Shown in pieces: positions 20,999-28,815 of a stretch of DNA of 32,000 nucleotides; positions within the stretch are counted from its first letter, which is position 1, and every line of letters begins with the position of its first letter. The position numbers were made by a program, and so were the translations under genes. The DNA lies in NCBI RefSeq assembly GCF_900128735.1, contig NZ_LT667503.1, forward strand, positions 120,001-152,000, in the 5' to 3' direction. This DNA comes from Candidatus Saccharimonadota bacterium. GTDB taxonomy: Bacteria > Pseudomonadota > Gammaproteobacteria > Enterobacterales > Enterobacteriaceae. The notes below the pieces were generated by a model, which was given only the letters and a program-made list of their open reading frames with translations, searched no databases and had not been told where the DNA came from.

Positions 20999-23470
20999 TT
21001 ATAAATAGAGAGATTCATCTTTAATTTTTTGTAATCCTACTACTTTTTCTTTTTTGGACATTCTAATTAAAATTACACCCTGTGTATTCCTTTTGAGAGT
21101 TCCTATTTCAGAAATGCGAGTTCTTACTAATTTTCCTGCATTTGTAATCATCATGATTTGATCATCATTTTTTACTTGTATTGCTCCAATAACAATACCG
21201 TTTTTTTTGGTAGTTTTAATCGAAATAATTCCTTTTGTTGCTCTGGATTTCAGAGGAAATTGATTTATATTGGTTTGTTTACCATACCCATGTTCAGTGA
21301 CAATTAAAATATTATCTTTTTGATTAGGAACTAATAAAGAAACGACTTTATCTTTATCTGATATTTTCATACCTTTAATTCCAGACGCGGTGCGGCCCAT
21401 ATTTCTAATTTTTTTTTCAGAAAAATGTACTATTTTTCCATTAGATGAGAAAAGCATAATTGTATCGTTACCGTTGGTTAATGAAACTCCGATAAGTTCA
21501 TCATTTTTTCTTAAATTAATAGCAATAATTCCAGCGTTTCTTGGTTTTTGAAATTGATTTAATGATGTTTTTTTAATAAACCCATGAGCTGTAGCCATTA
21601 CAATATTAATAGATGATTTATATTTTTTAATAGGTAAAATAGTTGTAATCCGTTCTCTAGAAGTGAGTGGTAAAATATTAATAATGGGTCTTCCTCTGGT
21701 ATGTCGGCTTTTTTCCGGTAATTGATACACTTTCATCCAATATAAAATACCTCTGCTAGAAAAACATAATATTGTATCATGTGAGTTTGCTACTAATAAA
21801 TTTTCAATATAATCTTTTTCTTTTGTTTTTGCTGCAGATTTTCCTTTTCCACCTCTTTTTTGTGCATTATAATCGGATATTGGTTGATATTTTACATATC
21901 CCGAATGAGATAATGTTATAACTACATTTTCTTTAATAATCAGGTCTTCAAAATTAATTTTTGAACATTCATTTATGATTTTTGTTCTACGTGGATCAGA
22001 AAAGTTTTTTTTAATTTCAATTAATTCATCTTGAATAATGTTCATCATTTTCTTAGAAGATGATAAAATTTTATTTAATTGATTTATTTCTTGGGTAATT
22101 TTTTTATATTCTTTTTTAATTTTATAGGTTTCTAGTGATGTTAATTTATTTAACCTCATCTCTAAAATAGAGATAGCTTGAATTTCGCTTAGTTTTTTTT
22201 GTTCTTTTTTTCGATTATTTGATACCCATATTTTTTTTTCTAGACGATTTTTTGCAACTTTTCCGTTTTCCGCTGTTTTAATAATTTGAATAATTTTATC
22301 AATATTTTCTAGTGCAATAGAAAATCCTTTTAATAAATGCATTCTTTTTTTGAATTTTTTTAATTCAAATATGCAACGGCGAGTGACAATATCTATTCTA
22401 TGTTGTACAAATTCTTGGATAATTTCTTTTAATGACATGGTTTTAGGTTGCCCCGAAGATAAAGCCACCATATTAAATCCAAATGATATTTGTAAAGATG
22501 TTAAATTATATAACTGATTTAATACAATTTTTGTAATAAATTCTTTTTTTATTTCAATAACAATACGCATTCCGTCTTGATCGGATTCATCACGGATCGC
22601 TGAAATTCCATCAATTTTTTTATCTTTAATGAGTATAGCTATTTTTTCAATTAATTTAGCTTTATTGACTTGGTATGGTAATTCATGAATGACAATTGAT
22701 TCTTTTTTGTTTTTTTGATTAATCTCAATTGTGTATTTTGATCTTATTGAAATTTTTCCTTTTCCGGTCCGATAAGCTTCTTCTATTCCTAATTGATTAT
22801 TAATAATTCCTGCAGTAGGAAAATCTGGACCTGGAATATAAGACATTAAAGTAGTTAAAGAAATATTATTATTATTTATATAAGCTAAACATCCATTGAT
22901 TACTTCATGTAGATTATGAGGTGGAATGTTAGTAGCCATACCCACTGCTATTCCAGAAGATCCATTAATTAATAAATTAGGGATTTTAGCGGGTAAAATT
23001 TCAGGAATTTTTTCTGTTCCATCATAATTTAATACAAAATTTGTTGTATTTTTTTCTAGGTCTTTTAACATTTCTTGAGCAATTTTAGACATACGGATTT
23101 CAGTATATCGCATAGCAGCTGCTGAATCTCCGTCTATTGATCCAAAATTTCCTTGTCCATCAATTAACGCATAACGTAAAGAAAAAGATTGAGCCATGCG
23201 TACAATAGCATCATATACAGCTGTATCTCCATGAGGATGATATTTACCTATCACATCACCAACAATTCGTGCTGATTTTTTATAGGGTTTATTCCATTCA
23301 TTATGCAGAACATTCATGGCAAATAGTATTCTTCGATGTACAGGTTTTAATCCGTCGCGTACATCCGGTAAAGCGCGGCCAATTATTACGGACATAGAAT
23401 AATCTAAATAAGATTTTTTTAATTCTTCTTCGATATTGACCTGTGTGATGTTGTTTTTGAGGTCTTTCAT
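20999..23470 (-). CDS. gyrA: DNA gyrase subunit A
   Basis: 823 aa. Highly similar to E. coli GyrA: [15 protein letters not shown], the catalytic-Tyr region AAAMRYTE, the [18 protein letters not shown], and GyrA-box/beta-pinwheel repeats to the C-terminus. The acidic C-terminal tail of E. coli GyrA (875 aa) is absent. Confidence 0.98.
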   Translation of the reverse strand: MKDLKNNITQVNIEEELKKSYLDYSMSVIIGRALPDVRDGLKPVHRRILFAMNVLHNEWNKPYKKSARIVGDVIGKYHPHGDTAVYDAIVRMAQSFSLRYALIDGQGNFGSIDGDSAAAMRYTEIRMSKIAQEMLKDLEKNTTNFVLNYDGTEKIPEILPAKIPNLLINGSSGIAVGMATNIPPHNLHEVINGCLAYINNNNISLTTLMSYIPGPDFPTAGIINNQLGIEEAYRTGKGKISIRSKYTIEINQKNKKESIVIHELPYQVNKAKLIEKIAILIKDKKIDGISAIRDESDQDGMRIVIEIKKEFITKIVLNQLYNLTSLQISFGFNMVALSSGQPKTMSLKEIIQEFVQHRIDIVTRRCIFELKKFKKRMHLLKGFSIALENIDKIIQIIKTAENGKVAKNRLEKKIWVSNNRKKEQKKLSEIQAISILEMRLNKLTSLETYKIKKEYKKITQEINQLNKILSSSKKMMNIIQDELIEIKKNFSDPRRTKIINECSKINFEDLIIKENVVITLSHSGYVKYQPISDYNAQKRGGKGKSAAKTKEKDYIENLLVANSHDTILCFSSRGILYWMKVYQLPEKSRHTRGRPIINILPLTSRERITTILPIKKYKSSINIVMATAHGFIKKTSLNQFQKPRNAGIIAINLRKNDELIGVSLTNGNDTIMLFSSNGKIVHFSEKKIRNMGRTASGIKGMKISDKDKVVSLLVPNQKDNILIVTEHGYGKQTNINQFPLKSRATKGIISIKTTKKNGIVIGAIQVKNDDQIMMITNAGKLVRTRISEIGTLKRNTQGVILIRMSKKEKVVGLQKIKDESLYL

Positions 23471-23601
23471 GAGTTTTTATCTCAAAAATATATTTTTTAT
23501 TAAAAGATATTTTAATTATATCATAAATTTATCATAAAATAGTGAAAAATTTTCAGAATATAAAAGTATTGTTTTTTATTTTTTATTTGAAATTTATTTT
23601 T

Positions 23602-23656
23602 AAAAAAAATATATATTTAAAACCAGTTTATTGACTATCACTGGTTTTAAATATAT
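23602..23656 (-). terminator. Rho-independent terminator of ahpC (17-bp perfect inverted repeat and U-tract)
   Basis: Arms 23611-23627 (ATATATTTAAAACCAGT) and 23640-23656 (ACTGGTTTTAAATATAT) are exact reverse complements with a 12-nt loop. On the minus strand the hairpin is followed by A-T8 (complement of 23602-23610). It begins about 50 nt after the ahpC stop. Confidence 0.6.
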
Positions 23657-23704
23657 CACTATAGAAATTGATGGTATATTTTTTGATATTATAAATATAG
23701 CATT

Positions 23705-24307
23705 TTAAATATTTTTGAAATTTTTAGTTAAATATTTTTTTACACCTTCAGGAGAAGGCTTCATTCCCTCTTTTCCGGATATCCAATTAGCAGGACAAAC
23801 ATCACCGAATTTTTCATGAAATTTTAAAGCGTCAATAAAACGTAAAAGATCAGGAATATTGCGTCCAATTGGTAAATCATTGATAGATTGATGTCTGATA
23901 ATCCTTTTTTTATCAATAATAAATGATGCTCTTAATGCAATTTTTAATTGAGGATGTTCTACGTGATAAGATTGCTGTATTTCTTTAGAAAGATCTGAAA
24001 TCATAGGGAATTTTATAGGTCCGATTCCGCCTTGATGAATAGCAGTATTTCTCCAAGCGTTGTGTGAGTATACTGAATCAATTGATATACCAATTATAGA
24101 TGTTTCTCTTTCTTGAAATTCTTCGTACGCGCGATTTAATTGAATTAATTCGGAAGGACAAACAAATGTAAAATCCATAGGCCAAAAAAATAATATTATA
24201 TTTTTTTTATTAGTATACTCATATAAATTAAAGTTATTAATTATTTCGCCATTAGGTAAAATAGCTGGAGAAATAAAGTTTTTAGCTTTTTGTGATACCA
24301 ATGTCAT
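23705..24307 (-). CDS. ahpC: Typical 2-Cys peroxiredoxin (AhpC/TsaA family)
   Basis: 200 aa. Peroxidatic Cys motif DFTFVCPSE and resolving Cys motif GDVCPANW. Strong AAGGTGA Shine-Dalgarno. No ahpF partner is adjacent. Confidence 0.93.
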   Translation of the reverse strand: MTLVSQKAKNFISPAILPNGEIINNFNLYEYTNKKNIILFFWPMDFTFVCPSELIQLNRAYEEFQERETSIIGISIDSVYSHNAWRNTAIHQGGIGPIKFPMISDLSKEIQQSYHVEHPQLKIALRASFIIDKKRIIRHQSINDLPIGRNIPDLLRFIDALKFHEKFGDVCPANWISGKEGMKPSPEGVKKYLTKNFKNI

Positions 24308-24479
24308 ATAATCACCTTAACAAGAGTAATAATAATATCGCTTAAAAATATATAGATTTAGTATGTATTATGATAGAATAATAATATTTTATACATGAGA
24401 AGATTATAAATTTTTTATTTTTTTGATTTTTATTATCTTAATCAATGATATGATATATAATCTTTAAGGTTATTTTAAC

Positions 24480-25160
24480 ATGAAGACAAATGATGTTCAA
24501 TGGACTGATTTATTCAAAGTTGAAAAAAAAAAAAGATATTTTATCCAATTATTGTATCGATTAAAAATAGAACGTATGAATCAATTTATTTATCCGAAAA
24601 ATAAATTAATTTTTCAAGCATTTTTAACAACACCATTAGATCAAATTAAAGTAGTTATTTTAGGACAAGATCCCTATTGTTTAATAAATCAAGCAACTGG
24701 ATTAGCATTTTCAGTAAAAAAAAATCATAAAATTCCACCATCATTAAAAAATATTTTTCTAGAATTAAAAAATAATTTTAATGTTTCTGAAAAAAAAATG
24801 TATGGATCTTTACGGCCTTGGGCTGTACAAGGAGTATTTTTATTAAATACTATTCTAACTGTCTCTCAGGGTTTACCAGGCTCGCATAAAAATTATGGTT
24901 GGGAAATATTTACAGATCAGGTCATTAGATTAATAAATAATTTTTGTACTGGAATTATTTTTTTATTATGGGGTTCTCATGCTCGTCAAAAAAAAAAAAT
25001 TATTAATCAAAGTAAGCATATTATATTAGAAGCATCGCATCCATCACCACTTTCTGCTTATCGTGGATTTTTTGGATGCCAACATTTTTTAAAAACGAAT
25101 AACTATTTAAAAAAACAAAATAAAAGTCCAATAGATTGGTTTAAAAATATGATTAAATAA
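24480..25160 (+). CDS. ung: Uracil-DNA glycosylase
   Basis: 226 aa. GQDPY catalytic motif, GLAFSV, PPSL.N, GVFLLNT.LTV, LLWGSHA and HPSPLSA are colinear with E. coli Ung (229 aa). Confidence 0.96.
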   Translation: MKTNDVQWTDLFKVEKKKRYFIQLLYRLKIERMNQFIYPKNKLIFQAFLTTPLDQIKVVILGQDPYCLINQATGLAFSVKKNHKIPPSLKNIFLELKNNFNVSEKKMYGSLRPWAVQGVFLLNTILTVSQGLPGSHKNYGWEIFTDQVIRLINNFCTGIIFLLWGSHARQKKKIINQSKHIILEASHPSPLSAYRGFFGCQHFLKTNNYLKKQNKSPIDWFKNMIK

Positions 25161-25166
25161 TTTTTT

Positions 25167-25709
25167 TTATTTAGTCTCTACTATTGCTTTTTGAAGGATT
25201 TGATCATTAATCTTATAACCCGGTTTAATAATAGCGCAGACGTATTCTTGTTTTACATTATTATTTTTAATTTGATTATTTTTAATATGTTTTTTATGAT
25301 TAAATTTTTTGTTGATTTTATTAATTTTTTTAATGTTCCAAATTTTTATGATCTTTTTTAATTCTTTTTTTGTCAGCTTCATCCCTTCCATAACAGGATG
25401 ATTAGATATTATTGAAGATTTATTTTTATTGCAAATATAATCTATTATTTCAATAATTGGTAATATTTTTTTAAAGAATTTTTCAGATATTTCTTTTTTA
25501 ATTATTATTATTTTTTTATCGCTTTCTTTTTTGATATTTTCTATATTAGCAAGATGTCGTATATATTTTATTTTTTTTTCTTTTTTTAAATCTTCAATTT
25601 TTTTTTCTATTTCTTTAATTAATTCTATAGAGGTTTTATTAGTTTTTGTTTTATTTTTTTCTTTATTTTCCTTTTCATTTTTTAGCTTTTCTAACTCTTT
25701 TTTTTTCAT
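25167..25709 (-). CDS. grpE: Nucleotide exchange factor GrpE (strongly diverged, Lys/Ile/Asn-rich)
   Basis: 180 aa. Recognisable blocks against E. coli GrpE: A.IEN..K, EKFFKKILPIIEIID (E. coli EKFINELLPVIDSLD), VMEGMKLT.K (MVEGIELTLK), F.HKKH (DPNVHQA), KPGYKIND.ILQKAIV (QKGYTLNGRTIRAAMV). GAGGAG Shine-Dalgarno. Confidence 0.85.
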   Translation of the reverse strand: MKKKELEKLKNEKENKEKNKTKTNKTSIELIKEIEKKIEDLKKEKKIKYIRHLANIENIKKESDKKIIIIKKEISEKFFKKILPIIEIIDYICNKNKSSIISNHPVMEGMKLTKKELKKIIKIWNIKKINKINKKFNHKKHIKNNQIKNNNVKQEYVCAIIKPGYKINDQILQKAIVETK

Positions 25710-26086
25710 ATTCTCCTCATATTTTTTATATAAAAAAATATTTTTTATTTTTTTTATATGTTTTACTGTAATAAAAATTTTTTATTTAACGAAATAATAT
25801 CTGTAATATAATTTTTATAGATTTTTTTTAGGATATTAAGAAAATAAAATTATTTTTCTTAAATAATGGAATTTGTTATAAAAAATATATAGAAAATAAT
25901 TGATTAGAAAAATTAATATTGAAAATACTTTTAATAAATTAAGATTATTATTTTTTTGGAAAATATAGTATATAAATAAGTGAAATTTTTCTTAAATAGT
26001 ATTTTTATATTTTTTATATATTTATTTGAGAAAAATGAAATCTTTTGATTTTTTGAAAATTACACTTTCATTTTTATTTATTTTTT

Positions 26087-26473
26087 TGGAGCTGGCGGGA
26101 TTCGAACCCGCGTCCAAAATAATTAAAACTAATTGTCTACATGTTTAGTTTATTTTTTATTTTTCATAATAATATTATATAAACATAATATTAAATTATT
26201 ATCTTGATTTTTTTTTCTTATGATATCTGAACTTCAAGATTGTTTTTTTAGATATCAAATCTTTTGTTTTATATGACCTTTCTGGACATTTCTTTTTCTA
26301 TACAAAAGTATAAAATAGATTAAGAAGGAAAGGGCTTGAAAACAGTTTTTTAAGCTGCTAAAGCGTAGTTTTTTTGTTTTGCGTTTATTATTTTTGGTTT
26401 TTTAACGAGGCAAACCAATCCTCGACATGCATAATTAGTTTTCATATATTTTGTCAAATCCATAATCAGCCCC
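26087..26473 (-). ncRNA. ssrA: tmRNA (SsrA), tag reading frame AKQKNYALAA-stop at 26382..26350
   Basis: Minus-strand 5' end is GGGGCTGATTATGGATTTGAC... The 3' end is ...GGACGCGGGTTCGAATCCCGCCAGCTCCA. The acceptor stem GGGGCTG/CAGCTCC keeps the G3:U pair, and the T-arm is GCGGG-TTCGAAT-CCCGC. The resume codon GCA starts GCA AAA CAA AAA AAC TAC GCT TTA GCA GCT TAA, parallel to E. coli ANDENYALAA. About 387 nt. The 3' CCA is not encoded, since A-run DNA follows the discriminator A. Confidence 0.93.
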
Positions 26474-26487
26474 AAAATTTATTGTTT

Positions 26488-26516
26488 ATTGTAATATAAA
26501 ATAAATATTTAAACAA
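26488..26516 (-). promoter_or_regulatory. Sigma70-like promoter candidate for ssrA
   Basis: On the minus strand: TTGTTT (26516-26511), a 17-nt spacer, then TACAAT (26493-26488). This would place the start site a few nt upstream of the mature 5' G at 26473, consistent with a short RNase P-processed leader. The AT-rich background lowers specificity. Confidence 0.35.
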
Positions 26517-26552
26517 TATCTTTATTAATTTAATAATTTTTATTATTTTAAG

Positions 26553-26579
26553 TAATTTAATTAATTTAAATAATTTAAA
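26553..26579. repeat. Three tandem copies of a 9-bp unit TAATTTAA(T/A)
   Basis: TAATTTAAT (26553-26561), TAATTTAAA (26562-26570) and TAATTTAAA (26571-26579), followed by a partial TAATAAGAA. It lies in the divergent ssrA/grxD spacer. Confidence 0.6.
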
Positions 26580-26703
26580 TAATAAGAAAAATCATTTCGT
26601 AAAAATTTTTATTCATATTAAAATAATAATAATTATGTTTAAAAAAATACAAAGCATTTGGTATAGTAATTAAATAATATTTTTTTTAAGGGATTCTTTA
26701 AAA

Positions 26704-27012
26704 ATGATTGAAACCATTAAAATTATAAAAGAACAATTAAAAGATAATAAAATTATTTTATATATGAAAGGTTCTCCTTTACATCCTAGCTGCGGTTTTT
26801 CGGCGCAAGCTATTCAAGCTTTAAATTCTTGCGGAATTTGTTATGCGTATATTGATATTTTAAAGTTTCCTAAAATTCGAAAATATTTACCTAAATATTC
26901 CAATTGGCCTACTTTTCCTCAATTGTGGGTTAATAAGGAATTAATTGGAGGTTGTGATATCATTTTAGAAATGTTACATAACGGTGAATTATTAAAAATT
27001 TTAAAAAAATAA
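26704..27012 (+). CDS. grxD: Monothiol glutaredoxin (Grx4/GrxD)
   Basis: 102 aa. CGFS active site (PSCGFSAQAIQAL), WPTFPQLWV and LIGGCDI. AAGGGA Shine-Dalgarno. E. coli GrxD is 115 aa. Confidence 0.93.
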   Translation: MIETIKIIKEQLKDNKIILYMKGSPLHPSCGFSAQAIQALNSCGICYAYIDILKFPKIRKYLPKYSNWPTFPQLWVNKELIGGCDIILEMLHNGELLKILKK

Positions 27013-27126
27013 TATAACAAAATTTAAATAATGATTTTTTATTTTTTGATTATATTTTTAAACGTGATATTTATAATTATGTAATTTTTTTTAAAAAAAA
27101 ATACAGAATATTAATGTTCGGTTTTT

Positions 27127-27774
27127 TTATTTTTTATTTTTATAATTTAAAAGGCTAGGCGGCCATCCGCCCAGCCTTTTCCATCGGTTTACTAATTCGC
27201 AAAATAAATAAGCGGTTTGCATAGTGTCATATAATGCAGAATGAGCTTGATTAGTATCGAACGGAATTCCGGCAATTTTACATGCTTTTGCTAATACTGT
27301 TTGTCCGAGAATTAACCCGCTTAATGCGGCTGTATCAAGAGTAGTGAATGGATGAAATGGATTTTTTGTAATTCCTACTCGGTGAGAAGCTGCCATTAAA
27401 AATGCATGATCAAAATTAGCATTATGAGCGACAATTATTCCTCTTTTGCATTTGTATTTTGTTATTTTTTTTCTGACTAATTTAAAAATTTTTTCTAAAG
27501 CTTCAGTTTCACTAATAGCTCCTCTTAATGGATTAAATGGATCAATTTTATTAAATGCTACAGATTCTGCTTTAATAATCGAACCTTTAAAAGGTATAAT
27601 ATGAAAATGTAACATTTCATCTATTTTTAACCATCCTAATTCGTTCATTTTTAATGTTATAATAGCGATTTCTAATAATGCATCAGTTTTTGCATGAAAT
27701 CCTGCGCTTTCTATATCTATTACAACAGGATAAAAACCTCTGAATCGATAATTTAGTGTTTGATGTATAGACAT
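27127..27774 (-). CDS. rnt: Ribonuclease T
   Basis: 215 aa, the same length as E. coli RNase [18 protein letters not shown] (DEDD exo I), [23 protein letters not shown] (exo II), [21 protein letters not shown] (exo III) and [10 protein letters not shown]. Confidence 0.96.
   Translation of the reverse strand: MSIHQTLNYRFRGFYPVVIDIESAGFHAKTDALLEIAIITLKMNELGWLKIDEMLHFHIIPFKGSIIKAESVAFNKIDPFNPLRGAISETEALEKIFKLVRKKITKYKCKRGIIVAHNANFDHAFLMAASHRVGITKNPFHPFTTLDTAALSGLILGQTVLAKACKIAGIPFDTNQAHSALYDTMQTAYLFCELVNRWKRLGGWPPSLLNYKNKK
27149..27180. terminator. GC-rich hairpin inside the 3' end of rnt; candidate terminator for convergent grxD
   Basis: Arms AAAGGCTAGGCGG (27150-27162) and CCGCCCAGCCTTT (27167-27179) pair at 12 of 13 positions, with one A-C mismatch. 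The loop is CCAT. An extra A27149:T27180 pair is possible, and T4 (+) / A4 flanks sit on both sides. It is about 140 nt downstream of the grxD stop and ends 20 nt before the rnt stop codon on the minus strand. Confidence 0.45.
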
Positions 27775-28170
27775 ATAGATCTCATTTTTAAATTTTTATA
27801 GTCACAATTAGATAAATAAATTTTTTCATCTAATGATAAAAAATATTATATAAATATAGGGTGTTATGTTATTTTTTATTTTTTATTCATATATATATTG
27901 AATTATTAAAATAATTTTTAAAAATTTTTATTTTATTTATTTATTTTATATTTAAAAGATATATATTTAAAATTTTCAAAATTATTGAATATATATATTA
28001 TAATGAATTTCGTTTAGAATTATATTTTATTTTTTGATATTTTTTAAATGAATGTATATGTAATAAAACAAAATGTATTTTACATGTATATATTTGGTAT
28101 ATCAATAAGCTTTTATTGTTGATAAAATATAATATTTTTAAATATTATTATCTATAGCGAGGTTTTTTTG

Positions 28171-28752
28171 ATGAGTATTATTAAATTAATTATAGGTTTA
28201 GGAAATCCATATAAGAATTTTTATCATACCCGTCATAATGTTGGTATGTGGTATTTAAGAATTTTAGTGGATTATTATAAATTAAAATTAGAAAAACATA
28301 AAAAGTTTTCAGGAAAATTCTCTATTTTAATAAAAAAAAATCATAAAATTCTTTTTTTTCAACCGGAAATTTTTATGAATTTATCGGGTTCACTGATTTT
28401 TAATATCGCTTCATATTATAAAATTAAATTATCTGAAATTTTAGTTATACGTGATGAACTTGATTTATTTCCTGGATTTTTAAAAATTAAATATAGTTCT
28501 AGTCATAATGGTCATAATGGTATTAAAAGTATTATTTCTTCTTTTAAAAAAAAATCTTCTTTTATGCAATTATGTATAGGTATTGGTAGACCTCAATTAA
28601 AAAATGAAATTACTAAGTTTGTTTTAAGTGCTCCCACTAAAATAGAAAAAAGATTAATTTTTCAAATTATGATGCATTTTATGAATAAAAATAGTAATTT
28701 TATATATAATCTTAACTTATTTTTAAATAAAAAAATTTCGATTCTTCAATAA
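28171..28752 (+). CDS. pth: Peptidyl-tRNA hydrolase
   Basis: 193 aa from the ATG at 28171 (MSIIKLIIGLGNP...). GCGAGG Shine-Dalgarno lies 8 nt upstream. LGNP..Y..TRHN.G, P..FMN.SG, DELDL.PG and H.GHNG.K motifs match E. coli Pth (194 aa). The ORF-track start at 28168 is a TTG one codon upstream. Confidence 0.92.
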   Translation: MSIIKLIIGLGNPYKNFYHTRHNVGMWYLRILVDYYKLKLEKHKKFSGKFSILIKKNHKILFFQPEIFMNLSGSLIFNIASYYKIKLSEILVIRDELDLFPGFLKIKYSSSHNGHNGIKSIISSFKKKSSFMQLCIGIGRPQLKNEITKFVLSAPTKIEKRLIFQIMMHFMNKNSNFIYNLNLFLNKKISILQ

Positions 28753-28815
28753 ATAAAAGAAGAATGTTTTTAAAATTTTATTTGGTGTATATATATTTTG
28801 TTCTTAAGGATTGAT

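Noticed and set aside
23222-23224. GyrA QRDR position 83 is Thr ([13 protein letters not shown]) rather than Ser, which might suggest a quinolone-resistance signature.
   Set aside because: Thr83 is the natural wild-type residue in several Gammaproteobacteria such as Pseudomonas. The classic resistance changes are to Leu, Ile or Trp, and Asp87 is intact. It is not evidence of resistance.
25531-25797. An 88-aa F/S/I-rich ORF on the + strand spanning the grpE 5' end and its upstream region.
   Set aside because: It is the reverse-complement reading of the grpE poly-Lys/Glu N-terminus (AAA/GAA read as TTT/TTC) extended into AT-rich spacer. It has no homology or start context and is an artefact of composition.
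27085-27101. T8A9 block (TTTTTTTTAAAAAAAAA) between grxD and rnt, which might be a palindromic regulatory site.
   Set aside because: It is a trivial homopolymer junction. Such self-complementary T(n)A(n) blocks are expected in DNA of this composition and would make a hairpin with no loop.
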